A stretch of DNA of 64,000 nucleotides from the NCBI RefSeq assembly GCF_004010195.1, contig NC_057719.1:62488862-62552861 (forward strand), written 5' to 3'. Shown piece after piece: positions 1 through 13,619 of this stretch. The stretch's first letter is position 1. Each line of letters opens with the position of its first letter. A program made the position numbers and the translations under genes. A model generated the notes under the pieces. That model ran no database searches. It was not told the origin of the DNA and saw only the letters and a list, made by a program, of their open reading frames with translations. Origin of the DNA: Chiloscyllium plagiosum (taxonomy: Eukaryota).

Positions 1-1217
1 GTGACACTGAAGATTTGTGGTTTGTCTCTACCTCTACCTTACCTGGAAATTGTGCAAAATCTGACAAGCAGCTAATGCTGCTTTCTCAAACACATGTATC
101 TTTTTCCAGTCCATGTCAATGAAGTGGATGCATGAACTAGTCTTTGCTTTCCATTTTTTGTCATCTGGAAGAATAGAGAAGGTACGTTAGTGGCAATGAT
201 GGGAGATCGTTTTGGGTCATAATGAACTAAAGTATCAGGGTATGTCAACATCTCTGTCTGATATTCTTAAAAAACCTCAGTGTTATGTCTGAGCACCATG
301 TATTGTCTTGTCATTACAGCTGAAGAAGTGACTCTTGATCATAACTAGTTTGGGCAAGACTTGGCAATGTGGCTTACCATGTTTCTGAATCTCTGGAGTT
401 CTGAGTTCCGAGGAGCTGGAATCTTCTTGATTGTTCTCGTAGGTCAACTGTGACACTGGATGTCTCCACACTATGCCCAAGGAACTTAACAGTCGACTCC
501 AAAAATATGCATTTTCTTTGTGGAGTGCACATCCTGCTCCCTGTAGGTGTTGTAACACGAGGCTGTACTTTAGTGTCATATTTTGTCTGTGAAGATTCAT
601 GGACTGGGACATCATCCATGTAAACATATGACTCGACTCAATCATTCTAGGATGTTTGACATTGTCCTCTGGAAGGTTTCCATTGCCAATGTGATGCTGA
701 ACAATAGTGAACCAAAACATTCCAATTGGGATAAAATAAGACTCTACACAACTTGGAATCTTCTTCAAGGTTCGCTGCCAACAACCAGCTAAGCTGTTGT
801 CCACAGATGCCATAGGCTGAGTTTCACTTTCAACTGCTTTGTGAGATCTGTGCACATTGTGTTAGATCCGTGGGGTTTTGCTACTGGTTCCATGCCAGGC
901 ATCAGCTTGTTTCTGTCACGGATTGAATAACCCCATGTTTAACATAGAATCTGCTTCCTCCTTTACTTTTGATGATCGGAAAAGGAGTTTTCTTTCCTGT
1001 TTTAAACCAAATCCCTGCCTTTGGTTCAGCACCTAGGATGATGTGGTATGTTGCGTTCAACTTTGAGTGCTGTGAACCTCTGTCGAATGTTGTCCCTGCG
1101 TTTTCAGACTTTGATCACTCTGCTTTCCATGAGTTTCTCAGACTCTCCACTCTGCAAATCTGAGTTGTTGCAGGCTCTTATGTTGTGATTAATTCTGGTT
1201 TGGTATCGTATCTGCTT
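1..1217 (-). mobile_element. Decayed Ty3/Gypsy LTR-retrotransposon pol (RT and start of RNase H)
   Basis: Minus-strand translation across frameshifts gives, in Gypsy order: KVKEEADSM-like RT start, HKAVESETQPMASVDNSLA, ETFQRTMSNILE, catalytic VYMDDV (~610-625), KCIFLESTVKFLGH and LVHYDPKRSPIIA. Confidence 0.85.
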
Positions 1218-1294
1218 CAAAGTTTGGGAGAAGATTTGTAGCTCGGGTGCTCGTTGTTGTGGTTCTGTTCGCCGAGTTGGGAATTTGTGTTGCA

Positions 1295-1328
1295 GACGTT
1301 TCGTCCCCTGTCTAGGTGACATCCTCAG
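1295..1328 (-). ncRNA. Minimal hammerhead ribozyme motif (PLE pLTR)
   Basis: Reverse complement reads CUGAGGA-U-GUCACCU-AGAC-AGGGGAC-GAAAC-GUC, with flanking GCA/UGC helix I. Confidence 0.75.
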
Positions 1329-1819
1329 TGCTTGGGAACCTCCTGTGAAACGCTTCTGTGATCTTTCCTCCGGCATTTATAGTGGTTTGTATCTGCTGCT
1401 TCCGGTTGTCAGTTCCAGCTGTCCGCTGCAGTGGCCGGTATATTGGGTCCAGGTCAATGTGCTTGTTGATTGAATCAGTGGATGAGTGCCATGCCCCTAG
1501 GAATTCCCTGGCTGTTCTCGGTTTGGCTTGTCCTATAATAGTAGTGTTGTCCCAGTCGAACTTCTGTTGCATGACAAGCAACGTGAGTTCGTCTGGGAGA
1601 ACACTACTATTATAGGACAAGCCAAACCGAGAACAGCCAGGGAATTCCTAGAGGGATGGCACTCATCCACTGATTCAATCAACAAGCACATTGACCTGGA
1701 CCCAATATACCGGCCACTGCAGCGGACAGCTGGAACTGACAACCGGAAGCAGCAGATACAAACCACTATAAATGCCGGAGGAAACATCACAGAAGCGCTT
1801 CACAGGAGGATCCCAAGCA

Positions 1820-1853
1820 CTGAGGATGTCACCTAGACAGGGGACGAAACGTC
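1820..1853 (+). ncRNA. Minimal hammerhead ribozyme motif (PLE pLTR)
   Basis: CUGAGGA at 1820-1826, helix II GUC-A-CCU/AGG-G-GAC, GAAAC at 1846-1850, GUC triplet at 1851-1853, helix I GCA/UGC. Confidence 0.8.
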
Positions 1854-1891
1854 TGCAACACAAATTCCCAACTCGGCAACAGAACCACAAC

Positions 1892-2870
1892 ATCATATCT
1901 GCTTTCGATGAACTTCCATTGTATCTTGAAGGCTCGCATTCAGCCTCGAACCATGACTTCCTGGCTTCCATATTTATTATGATGACTGAAGATAACTTTT
2001 ATGTAATCACATTTCAGCATTGGAAAGAACAGAAACCTCTGTTTCTGTGCCTCCTCTATTTCACACATCTTGACACCATTCAGAAATTTCTCTTTTTGCT
2101 TAGTTTCTACAGACGTCTCACTGTGGCTTACAACCTACAAGTGACTTTTTTTTGTTGGAAATGGCACTCGGCCTCTTTGGCAGAACATTCTTTACATCTG
2201 TGTCTTTTCTTGTTACATTATGAGTCAGCTGTGGTGATTGATAGATGCTGCTCTTCTCTCTCCTGTCTTTTGTACAGCCCACACTCCATTTTGAAACTTG
2301 ACATATTCCATTGGGTTAGTCATTTTGTGCTATGGCTCTTCCAGTCACTAAGTCATGAATCAATTTTGCTCCTTGACTTTGTCCAGTTGAATTACTTTTG
2401 TTTTAGGTTAGACCATCTCTTGACTGCTGGCCTGACAAAGCTTCATTTCAATATCTGAAACAATTCTGTCCCTCATTTGTTCATTTTCTAAGATGCCACA
2501 TTCACAGTTCTCTGCCTGTCTGTGCAGATGGTTTACGAATGTATCAATTATTTTGCCCTTGTTGATGGGCGTGTTTGTCAAATTTAGATGTTTGATAATT
2601 ATTATCTTTTACAGATTGAAGGAGGCATCAAATACTTCTATGATTTGGCTTTTTTCTTCCTTGTCCATCCTCTCTCTAAAGAGGATATCATCTGCATTAC
2701 CACCCATTGCATATAATAACATACTGGTCAGCTCACTGTTTGACTGTGCACCAGCCGATGCAATAAATTGGAAATTCTTCGCTCCAATTAGGTCATGCTT
2801 CTATTTGGTTGAAACCTGTCTACTGCCCTATCCAGAACGGCAGCAGATTTCCATATTTGTTTTTATCATT
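1892..2870 (-). mobile_element. Decayed Gypsy gag (capsid, zinc knuckle) and protease region of the same element as 1-1217
   Basis: Minus strand gives LLYAMGGNADDIL...IEVFDA...DTFVNHLHRQAENCECGILENEQMRDRIV (gag) and CNKKRHRCKECSAKEAECHF (degenerate CCHC knuckles, ~2140-2220). Confidence 0.75.
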
Positions 2871-3069
2871 CACAACATATAATATTCTTGGTCTCGTTGT
2901 GCAATATTTCCAGAAACTGCTGAGGTAAGGGTAAAGATAATCACAAACTTCATTAAGAAAGGTCTTACTATGGCTTCATCCTATCGAGAGTTTCTGGAAG
3001 TGAGCAAGATCATGTGACTTTGCATCACTTCCTGTGACTCATCAGCAAGCCATACATTGAGAATCAACC

Positions 3070-3660
3070 CTTCTTCATCTTATTTGACCATGACCTGAAG
3101 TCTGACCCCATATCCTCCCAATCAAAAAAGACATCTTACTTCTATCTCTGGTGTTATTCCTGTCTGAGCCCATCAATTGCTGCAACCATCACCTTTATAT
3201 TTATTTCCAGCCTTCACTGTTCCAATGCTTTCATGTTAACCTTCCATTCTCCATTTGTTCAGCCTAATCAAAAGATGGCTGCTTAGCTTCTTTTCAACCC
3301 TGGTTACCCATTGCATTCTTCTTTGTATGATCTTAATTGGTTTTTGCACTCCTAGAGCCCCATAATTTAACATATTTATCTTCACATTTCTATCCTTTCA
3401 TGGCCTCTGATAGTTTCCAGACCTGGAAAGCACACCATCTCTCTTTAATACCGGCCTTTAATGTGTCCGTTATTTCTTTCATTCTACCAGTGCCTCTCGA
3501 AATCCCTACCTCACCCTCTGCGCGTTATGGCCCGCCTTCAGAACCAAGGAGCACAACCTAGTGGTAATATCTAATCTGTTCAATATTTCAGACATTTTCT
3601 GTTGGTATTATTATAATACGATCAGGCTACAAGTTTTCTAACCTTTTTCTCATTGGCCCA
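3070..3660 (+). mobile_element. Old L2 LINE 3' fragment
   Basis: Resembles the L2 RT C-terminus/3' region and the minus-strand L2 at 38.8-40.1 kb; highly degraded. Confidence 0.45.
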
Positions 3661-6437
3661 CTCTCCTGTCCCATTGCACCTTATTAAATTTAACCGTTTG
3701 CCTATTGAGGTGAACACATAGGTGGAATTTTAACTTCGATTGTAGTCAAGAAACTGAGCACAAATTGAACTTAAAATTGCTCGTTTCTGGCCTATTTTTC
3801 TGCCTAAAGTGAAATCTTTAATGAAGCAGTACCATTGAAGAGTATAATGGAATGCTGTCATTATCCTTCATATTAATTAATAATAACTGTGTCTGAAGAG
3901 GGGTAAACTTTTATTAATATAGCTGAAAATGCAAGTGCAACTTTATCACAAAGAATAAGCATTTATAATGAATGTTTTCTCCTCCTGTGGTGAGTAACCT
4001 GATTTTAAATCACTGTAAATGATTTAAAATCTAGACGGAACCATTTAATTTTTAAATGGTGTGCATCAGGCACATTCTGACGAAATTAAATCATTTTTAA
4101 ATGCAGATGAACTTCTGAAATGTGCTGAGTAATATTTGTGTGCCTATAAAAATCAGTTTGATGATGCTCCTCAAGCAGAGAGGAATTTGCCCTGATCATT
4201 ATTTCAGTCTGAGGGAGTGTAGTCAATTCTGTGGGTGGCACTGCCTTTGACAAACTTCATTTTAAAGCTAGTTTTGAAAATCGTGGGAAGTCAAGTGACA
4301 TTTGAGAATACGTGTGCTTAAAACTTCCCAGTCTTTCATCAAGGACTGGCTGCTTCCCAAAGGCAATTCTAGTGGTAACTCTGTCCCCATTTAATATCAT
4401 GGCATGATCTGAAGAGCAGGAGCATTTCTACTGATGCATTGACCAACCCCTGTTTCTTCAGCAATGCCTCGGTTTATTGAATTGCTAATTGTGGAATCTT
4501 GCTGTACATAGAATGGCAGTCACCTCTGCAACACTGAGTAAAGATCCATCAAGACTACCTGGGAACCTGACTGGTACTATGTAAATGACTTTCCTTTATC
4601 ACAGTGGTGCTAATTCATGTTGGCATCTGATTCCATGACCATTATCCATGTATGATTGATGGGGAGAATCTTTAACCCAACTGTCTGACTTGATATTGCT
4701 GCTGTCTGCCTTCTGTTGATTGAGGGAGAACGGAGATGGCTAATTACTGTTCCTTGAGGATTCTGAGATCAGTCTAGTACCATTGCCATGATACTTGATA
4801 ATACTGTCACCTCTTATAATAGGCTTTACCTATGTGCTTTCATGCTGTAGTTGCTGGCAGTCACTGAAAGTATGGAAAGATGCAATGAACGTACAAATGC
4901 AGAGCCAGAATAAGCTGTGAGACATAGAAGCAGGAGTAGGAAAAATCAGTCCATTGAGTCTTCTCTACCATTCAATAGCATTGAATCTGATTTCCTGTTG
5001 CCTAGCAACTTTGGATGCCTGTTGTATTACAGGCATACATAACATTCAGCAGTGCATGTGCAAAGTGTGGAACCTTGCCTTTGTTGAAGCTACCTACTCC
5101 ACTTTTAGGTAGCTGCATCTAAAACAGCTGGCACCAAACAGTTGGAGCAGATGTGAAAGAGGACTATAACCTGGTATTTAGTTCCGCGTTCAATTTTCCA
5201 TTAGAATGGCTGCAGGTGGTACCACAAAGAGGAAAATCCCATCAAAATGATTAGCATTGGTAGGTTCATTGCTGTACTTGATATTATCCTCCAGTAACTT
5301 CTTATCTATGCAGGAAGCTTTCTGTAACGGCTGTTGGATAATATGCCAGGAGGAACCCTGGCTGTTTGTTGCTTTCCTTCATTGGCAAGCACAGCGGCAC
5401 TGACTACCCGGTGCTCCAATTGAGAAAGCCAAGCCCGATCAAGCGAACACCCAGTCCTCTTGCTTGAATGACTTGGTTCTACATTGATCGGTATTGTTAA
5501 CCAGTCAGCCATGAGGAACCTCTCTAACAGGAATTCTACAGTGAATTTCAGTCTTAATTGTATTTTAAATTCAAACAGGTGAAAAGTAAGTTTTCCCTGC
5601 TCCCGCAGCATGTGCAGTATGAATCATGATTCTATTTCAGCTTGTCCCTAAGCCATTAAATTAATGCTTCTCTCTGCAGGCAAACCTGGTGTCACCAATG
5701 TCAAGGGATGTCTTCATGTGTATTTAATTGGAAAAAGCTTCCTGTTGGAGGTGAAAGAAATCTATGCAACAACAGAATATTAGTTTTAAAATATTCGTTT
5801 TGTGTAGTGTCACTTGTGTGATTGATGAGGTTTTGCTAGTATGTCTCACCGCATCTGACCTCCGTACCTCAGAATCAATCATTCTCCTAGGTTCGATCTC
5901 CCTGTTTTGATGAGTTGAAGATTTTGTGTATATTAATTTTAGATTGAATGGTGTATGGGCCGGTGCAAAGCAGTATCCCTCCTACACAGACGAGCAACAG
6001 TGGCGATTGCCTGATGCCACACATACAACAGCACCGGCTGTAATGGATATTAATTGTACTTGAGGTTCACTGCTTGTTTTCAAATGTTTCGACCTTGTGT
6101 AATTGCTCCCTCTCTCCTCCTCTTGTTCTTCCTCTGAGTGTTGTGCCTGAGAGGTCAGGGCATCCTCGTTTTGCTGGCGGAATCCCAGATTTTCTCTGAA
6201 ATTCCTGATGTCCCAGAAATCCTTCTCAGTTGTTCGATCTCCCAATTTTTTTTCAGCTTTTCCCTTTTTGAACCACCTTCAAACAATGCCAGTGGCAGAG
6301 AGGCAGCAGAAACATATCAATACAACCAGAATGTCAACCAATTCAGTTCAGTAGCTGGTGATGGGGTGGAGCCCACATACAGTATTCAATCTATCGACTC
6401 TGTTCCAACAATCAATGAAACCATGGCTGACCTGAGA

Positions 6438-6777
6438 ATCATAGGATCCCTACAGTGTTGTCATAGGCCATTCAGCCCATTGAGTCCACACTGACTCTCC
6501 AAAGAGCATCCCACCCACGGCCACCCCCCCGACCCTGTCCCTGTAACCTTGCATTTCCCTTGAATAATCCAGTTAGCCCACACATCCCTGGACATTAAGG
6601 GCATTTTATCATGTCCAATCCACGTAATCTGCACAACTTTGGACTGTGGGAGGAAACCCACGCAGACACAGGGAGAATGTGCAAACTCCACACAGGCAGT
6701 CGTCTGAGGCTGGAATCGAATCTGAGTCCCTGGTGCTGTGAGGCATCTGTACGAACCGCTGAGCCACTGTGCTGCCC
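6438..6777 (-). mobile_element. HE1/V-SINE (tRNA-derived), inserted in a CR1 3' tail
   Basis: Reverse complement has A box TGGCTCAGCGG, B box TTCGATTCC, V-domain GTGTGGAGTTTGCACATTCTCC and a CR1-like tail. Confidence 0.9.
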
Positions 6778-7099
6778 TAAATGCTAAATTCCACTTTTCT
6801 GCCTTTGGCCCATAATCCTTGATTCCCTTACCGATTAAAAATCAAAGAGCCCATAAGACATTGGATGATTGAGAGCTGATCCTCGCAAGATACCATCAGG
6901 TAAGTTAATGTGCCTGGAGCTGTCACGTGCACTGTCCCTGATGTGGTGCTGGTGGTGTCTCTTCGCAACCATAAGTTCATTGGTGCAGATGGGCTGAACA
7001 AAGTACATATATGCAGCAGGCTGGACAGCTCTAGGTGAAAGTGCTCAATGATGGGACCATGAAAGCAGCTCAATTATACAGCAGAGTAGTACAACCACT

Positions 7100-8100
7100 G
7101 AGATTCTCAGCTGTTGCTATGAAATTCTGTATTTCCAGGAGTTGGTGAACGTGTCCCAGTTTTGGAAATCCATCCATGCTATGGTCCAGTCGGTGAGTGA
7201 GAATCTTGCAAAGCAAGCACAGATGTCAGTGTTGCTGTCTGACCAGGTACTCAGTGGCATGTAGGAGTAGCTGGCTGGATTTAATGTCCCAGTCGAACAA
7301 CCCTCCTGTTCCAAAAGATGCACTTGTTACAGGAGAACCCGAACAGTGACCTCTCCTTGCTGCAGGATCTATAATGTGCTGCACCACCCCTTCCAGTTTT
7401 AACTTTTTTGCACTGGATGCACATAATGCTGATGTGTTAACATTGGGCTGAAGTTTTTTGCACCAAGATCTCACTGTTATCTTACATGGGTTAGAAAGCT
7501 AACTAGGGTGTGGGAGTCTTTAGTGAAAGTTGGCCTCATCAGCATATGTGAGTGTTGTTTGAAAGCACTACACCTTATGGATCATTGGGTGATAAAACAG
7601 TTGGGCTGTATTGTTGGGCTAATTTATGTATTGTTCAGTTCGAGTAAATTGAAATGTTGAGTAAAGCTCAAAAGAAGTGCTGCAATTTCCACAAATAATT
7701 CTCGAGTAGGTTGCATATCATATGACCAGAGAGTGTTTTATTATTGCTGTGATGCCAGCCACAGGTGAATTAACACACCCAAGTAGGAATACAACCGACA
7801 TTGTGACCACATGGTTTGTGCATTTATAAAAGTGTTGCCTCAAATTGATCATATTTTCAAACATGGGTGTTGAACATCAGGTATCTTTGAAACCTATCGA
7901 GGAGTTTGAAAAACTTGTTTGTGTTCTGGAGGATCTGAAAGTTGAATGTAAAGACTCCAGTGACGTTTGTTCTATACTGTATATTCTAACCTACAATGCC
8001 AATGATTTCCTGTTATTGGTAATGACTGTCATTTACATTTGAGGTTTCGGTAAGGTAACATAAACACATTTTTGTCAAAGTCAACGTTGACATGCCTGAT
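7100..8100 (-). mobile_element. Probable decayed hAT transposase remnant
   Basis: Minus strand gives TQ*SIRCSA (decayed TRW motif, ~7565-7592) followed by SPVTSAS (hAT dimerisation-like, ~7315-7335). Many stops. Confidence 0.35.
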
Positions 8101-8577
8101 TTCAAATTTAAACAAAGCCGGGCAGTTAACTGTCAGTCAGCATTAATGGGTAAATTCTCCATGGGAACACCTCTGCCAGTTAGAGTCAACTTGCCAACAA
8201 TCAGCACTCCTTTCTCAGAGAACACAAATGTTGGTTTCCCTTACAATGGTATTCCTGCAAAATGTCCTTACAAGTACAAGATAACAATAGTTACCAAAAT
8301 GGGTCTTTTGTTTTTCAAACAATGCTCCAGTTCTATTACCAAATAACTATTTATAATAGAAACAGTTGAGCAGTCCATGTGATAGATTTGTTTTGCTTAA
8401 TTTTTAAACCCACTTGTTTCTTTTAAAAATAAGGTCCATGATAGATAATTCCACAAAGCTAAAGTGGTGATAGTGTAAGTATATGACCCATTTCTTCAGG
8501 TTTTTTTTGAGGTCTGTTCTTCTTGCTTCTTTTACCAAGCGGTTACACTAAGTAATTTTACTTGATTTAAGAAGACA

Positions 8578-8830
8578 TCAGATCCCATGATATTGTCTCA
8601 TTTTTGCTACATTTGGATATGGGCTACTTCTGTAGTTGCAAATAATACTGAACATTGTGCAATCGTCAGCAAACATGCCCACTTGTGATCTTATGTTGGA
8701 TGGAAAGCCATTGGTAAAGGAGCTGATGATGGTTGGGCTTTGGACACTCCCCTGATGAATTCCTGTAGCGATGCCCAACAGCTGAGGTGATTGACCTCAA
8801 ACAACCATGTCATTTTCCTTTGTGCGTCTG
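8578..8830 (-). mobile_element. Non-LTR (CR1/L2-group) RT fragment
   Basis: GIHQGSVQSPTIISSFTNGFPSNIRSQVGMFADDCT contains the QGS and FADD motifs. Confidence 0.8.
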
Positions 8831-9277
8831 TCATAATAATCTTGTCTGCTTTTGTGAAAATACCATCAGCCAACTTAAAGTGAGCAATGACATAGGAAAG
8901 GTTATTTTTAATATAAATAAATATCTGGTGTCATTTACCAGAAGAGACACTGCATTTCAATAACACAGTGCTAGCAAAATTAACGAGCAAGTTGCATCTC
9001 AAATCCTGATGAGATGAAGCCTGCAAGTAATCTAATTTATTAACCTGAAATTGATGCCAATGATTTAGATGACAATCAGTGTGCCTGGGGGTGATCTTCA
9101 GCAGTGACCTTAAAGTTGTCAGTCCATGTTAAAAACTGACCATCATATTTGTTCTGCAGACCAAGCTAATTTTGGATATTGCCACAGGATATCTATCAGT
9201 ATCCAAAACACAGCCTGTTCTGGGCCCTTTTTGTTTCCAGAAAAAACAAATGAGGCTGGGACTCAGTGGCAGTGACA

Positions 9278-9385
9278 GATGTTTTCAACCAACCTGTTCA
9301 GGGATGTTATGAGACACCTCTGGAGAAGGTGGTAATTGAATCCTGGCTTAGAGGTAGTGATACTACCCCTGCACCACAAGGTGCA
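9278..9385 (-). mobile_element. Short tRNA-derived SINE (~115 bp family, also at 37010 and 38681)
   Basis: Shares the cttgtggtgcag..gtagt..cactacctct head and the ctgaacaggttg tail with the copy at 38681-38795. Confidence 0.6.
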
Positions 9386-11676
9386 CCACTTCCTCCTCAG
9401 TGGTGGTGACAGGCCATTATAGTGGGAGAAAACCATTTTTTTTACCCTTTAGCCTACTCTGCCATTCAATAAGATGATAGCTGATCAGATTATGGCCTTA
9501 TTCCTCCACATTCCTGCATCCCCAAGATGATAGTTGACTCAAATGTTTATTTGAAAACTATTATTAATCTGTGAACTATTCACATGAATCTGCAGGATGG
9601 GCAGGAAGACAAATGAATGGGTTAGGTCAAGAAAAGGAGTTCATGAATCACCAGGGTTGCTAAGTACAGTTAGAGGGTGAACGCTAACCACGTATGGACA
9701 TTAGAAATGAAAAGTCAACAAGTATGTCTTGCAATAATTGAAGGCGAAGTTTCAGGTAAAAACAGAAGGAGAAGAAAAGTGGAAAAGGTGGATAGTGCTG
9801 AGATACTGGGTAAAGAAAGCTTGGAGAAAGGCAGAAATGGTAGGGATGATGCTAGCCATCCCACTAATGCTATGTTGAAAACATGCAAGCATTATACTTC
9901 ATAACGAACTAGCAAATCAACAAGATAACTGCTGCAATTTTTTGTTATTATTATTTCCAAAGACTTGCAATGGAATGAGAGTACTGACACCACATTATAT
10001 ATTGAGCTCTCTTCACAATGTGCAGAACATGAGGAACAAATAGGTACATGGATTAGTGGTACTTATTATTGCAAATAGGTGACCTCAACCTTCACCCTTG
10101 AGAGTTAGACTCTCCGATATTAATTTTCAATTGGCTCGTGTTGAGGAGTGCAGATGCTTCTCACTGAAAAAACATATTGCTAGGTTCTGTTTCATTAATT
10201 AATCCCAGTTGTTTTCAGTTTAAAAGCTGTTAAAGGTTTGAATGTAACGAATCATTTGTGTAATTCAGCCCCTAAATTATAGCAATGGATGGAAAATATA
10301 GATCATATTTATGTGATATTTGTTGGGAGATCGTGTATAACAGCTTCTATTTCCTCTGTAATTGGAACTTCATTCAGCCCTGATTTATTTCCAATCTGGA
10401 TTTATTTGGTCTAACAAAAGATGCCAGTAAACATCCAATTAGGGCCAAACAAAATTGAGGCTCTTTTTTAAACAGAGCTCGGAGTACTAAGAATAATGAA
10501 TGTTTCCAATGCGATTCACAATGAATCACGTTGACACCCACATAGTTCAAATAGACTTGTGTATTCTTAATTATCCAGCAGTTCATGGGAACATTTGTTT
10601 GAATATCTGCCTGAAAAATCTAAGGCAAGAAGGAATAAAGGATTTAGTGGCGCTGAAGAATGATGCTGTGCATCAGACAGAATTAATTAATTGATGTTCT
10701 GTGAATGTGGTATATTGGTAACATCTCAGCATGTCGGTGGCAATTTAAAATGATATTCACAAAAAACAAAGTATTTTAAATAAAGTAAACTCTGAGCTAA
10801 GATGAATTTGTTTTTGATCAGTTGTTTGAAGCCTCTGTGCAATTAAAACTCAGTCTCAATAGCCTTAGAAAAGGTAAGAGCTGAAAGCCGTGTACCTATG
10901 AGAGACCACAGCAAACCATGGCTTGATTACTATCAATACACACTGCTAATGCAGTGAAGGCTGTGGGAAAGAATAAGTGAGCTAATATTGTGTCAAGGCA
11001 AAAAGATGTAACGCTAATTGTTAGTGTCCCTTTGTGAGTGAAAGGAAGTAACGTCTTTGGAGTATGATGTCTGTGACAGTATAATTAACTATTAGATTCA
11101 CATGGTGATGCGATCCCACTCATTTGTTTTGTTCAATTCTTTGCATCTCATTGTTGATTTGCACTGTGGTATTCATGGCTCTGGTTGGAACTCTTCTGCT
11201 TAAAAAGATTTGGGTTTATCAAATATCAACTTGAGACCCATGATCAAAATGAATTTATCTCATTTCAGGTTGTTCATTATTTTGACAAAAGAAATAAAAA
11301 CATACTTGCTAATCAGCAACCATGTGACATTTCCAGTGTAACACATTCATGATGTGTCAGTTAATCATTTCTAGCTGTGCCCAGTCTGGTTATTGCACAC
11401 TGCATCTAAGCCTGATACTCCTTCCATCTTTAGATTGCTCGTGTGATCATCAAAACAAGATTCCTGGCAACTCCCAGGTGATAGGAATATCTTTCATACT
11501 GCAGTTTGGGAGAGACAATGAAAATTAATAAATTATTTATCCCCTGACAAATAACAAACTTGGGTTAGAAAATGCTGGCTTTTCTCAGGCTTTTCTCCCT
11601 GCTACAGACCATTTGGTAAACCTGCCTGAAGCAGTAGTTGACTGCTAACTTCTGGGGCTCTGTCCTACCCCTGCTT

Positions 11677-11961
11677 GACAGCAGAGTAGCTCACTGGTTA
11701 GCACTGCTGCCTCACAGTGGCAGGGACCCAACTAGATTCCACCCTTGGGTGACTGTGTGGAGTTTGGATGTTCTCCTTGTGCACTGTGGGATCCCTCTGG
11801 GTGCTCTGGTTTCTTCCCACAGTCCAAAGGCTAGGGGATTGGCCATGGGGTGATAAGGATAGGGTCGGGAGTTGTGCCTGTTTGGCATGTTCTTCAGAGT
11901 ATCAGTGTGGACTCCATGAGCTGAATGGCCTGCTTCCACACTGTACAGATTTTATGATTCT
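11677..11961 (+). mobile_element. HE1/V-SINE
   Basis: tRNA-like head gctcactggttagcactgctgcctcacag, V-domain gtgtggagtttg, CR1-type tail. Confidence 0.85.
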
Positions 11962-12909
11962 CTTCCTGCCTACCTTTACCAGAGTCTTGGCCTGTTGCAA
12001 CATTGCCACATATTGATGGTATGGCCAGGCTTTTGAGTACTGGGATTAGTTTGATCATCACACATTGTGTCCTGTTTCCATCCTCCGTCATTATGCATTT
12101 CCCTCAACAGATCGTTGTCTCAGGAGATGGAACTGGAACTGATTTAACTGAGAGATCAGGAACTGTGAGGCTTCCAAGGTCAACATCAGTGTTTAGCTGA
12201 AAGAAAAGCCAGGTCCTTTACCATCTTGACCTTCTGTGTGAGCCCCTCAAAATACCCTGATCTGAGGGCAAAAATGTCCTTGTGTTGTCATGGGAACAAA
12301 GCTGCAGTGGGCAATCTTTGTGAACCAAAACTAGACAAATTTATAAATAAATTTTTGTCAGCGCTTAGTCAATGCCTTTCTGTGAAATTCTTTTTAGCAT
12401 ATTTGAATAAATGTTCAAATAAATTTAAAATTAAATTCTAAGTAAACAGATTACTGCTCCCATTGATGAAGTCATGATTGATGAACCTGCTGTGTTAAGT
12501 ACTTAAACATGTTTGAATGAAAAAAACAATTGCCATTTTTGCCTAAAGCTCAAGGATGACCCTATTTAACTCTGTTGCCAAGTAGAAATGAAGAACAGCT
12601 TTACTCAGAAATTGATATTTAACTTGGTATCACTGTTAGAAAGTTAGCCAGTTTATATGAGAATGCTACCTGTGTAATGGGACTGATCGTTACAGACTTT
12701 GTGGGATTTGTAGAGGTGTGTGTGTGGCAACACAAATTGATAAGTAGTTTTGTAAATATAGGTATTCCAGCAACACCACTCTGACTTGGTTAAAGCATGC
12801 GAAAGTGTGTGTCAATAGTGTAGTGGCATTCTCTCCATTCGCAGTCTGGAAAGTGGCAAATACACTCCCACTATTTAAGAAGGAAATGAAATAGCAACAG
12901 CCTGTAGAG

Positions 12910-13500
12910 CCAAACTCAGCATTCAACATGATCATGACTGATCAATACTTCAATACCTTTTACTCATCCCCATCCCCAAAAGCCCGATTGGTATTCAGAA
13001 ATCTATCAATCTGTACCTCAAACTTACTCCAAGTCTGAGCTTCCACAGCCCTGTGTATCAGAGTTTCAAAGGTTCATAACCCTCCAAGTTTGAAAATAAA
13101 ATTCTACTCATCTCAGACCTAAGTGCAATCACTTTTTAAATTTTGTCCCCTGGTTCTAGGCTCCATGACCAGGGGAAACATCTTCCTTGCATCTAACCTG
13201 TCCATCCTTATTGAAACCTGCAAAACACTTCAAAGATCACCCCTCATTCTACCCAAACTCTAGAAAATACATGCCTAATCTCTCTCCAAAGGACAGTCCC
13301 ATCATCCTGGGAATAAGTCTGGTGAACCTTCGCTACACTCCCTCTATGGCAGTAATATCTTTCCAGCGATAAGGAAGCCATTTCTATCATCCACAAGTTT
13401 GGAAATATTACAATGAGTCTCAATTTCCAAATCTTTGAGATATACGATGAGCAGCTTCGACCCTAGTACTGACCCTTGCAGTACCCCATTAGATAGATTC
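12910..13500 (-). mobile_element. Old CR1 LINE 3' part
   Basis: GVLQGSVLGSKLLIVYLKDL..ISKLVDD plus CR1 3' UTR in reverse orientation. Confidence 0.75.
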
Positions 13501-13619
13501 TGCCGTTTCTCAGTTTCTTGCATCATCTTCTGTACCTTCCTCAGAAAACAGATGCAAATCAATCATTTAGCTTCTCCTTCATTTTTCTATTCTTTGTTAT
13601 ACATTTTGCTGATTCTGCT

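Larger units (their letters stand above)
1218..1891. mobile_element. Penelope-like element fold-back insertion (two inverted GIY-YIG C-terminus/pLTR copies)
   Basis: 1255-1570 is the near-perfect reverse complement of 1578-1892. Both arms encode F(D/V)W(D/E)NTTIIGQAKPRTAREFLxxWHSSTDSINKH. Target duplication atc(g/a)tatctgctt at 1205-1217 and 1892-1904. Confidence 0.9.

Noticed and set aside
1772..2882. Long plus-strand ORFs (228 aa and 129 aa)
   Set aside because: They are antisense to Gypsy gag/protease and PLE sequence, with no recognisable protein.
2880..3070. Possible 5' LTR of the Gypsy element
   Set aside because: No PBS, partner LTR or clear TG..CA ends could be identified.
5982..6494. 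Overlapping ORFs with an acidic run
   Set aside because: Low complexity, no domain, and one runs into a SINE.
12095..12200. Acceptor-like tttccctcaacag followed by a short open frame
   Set aside because: No convincing donor and the peptide is not recognised.
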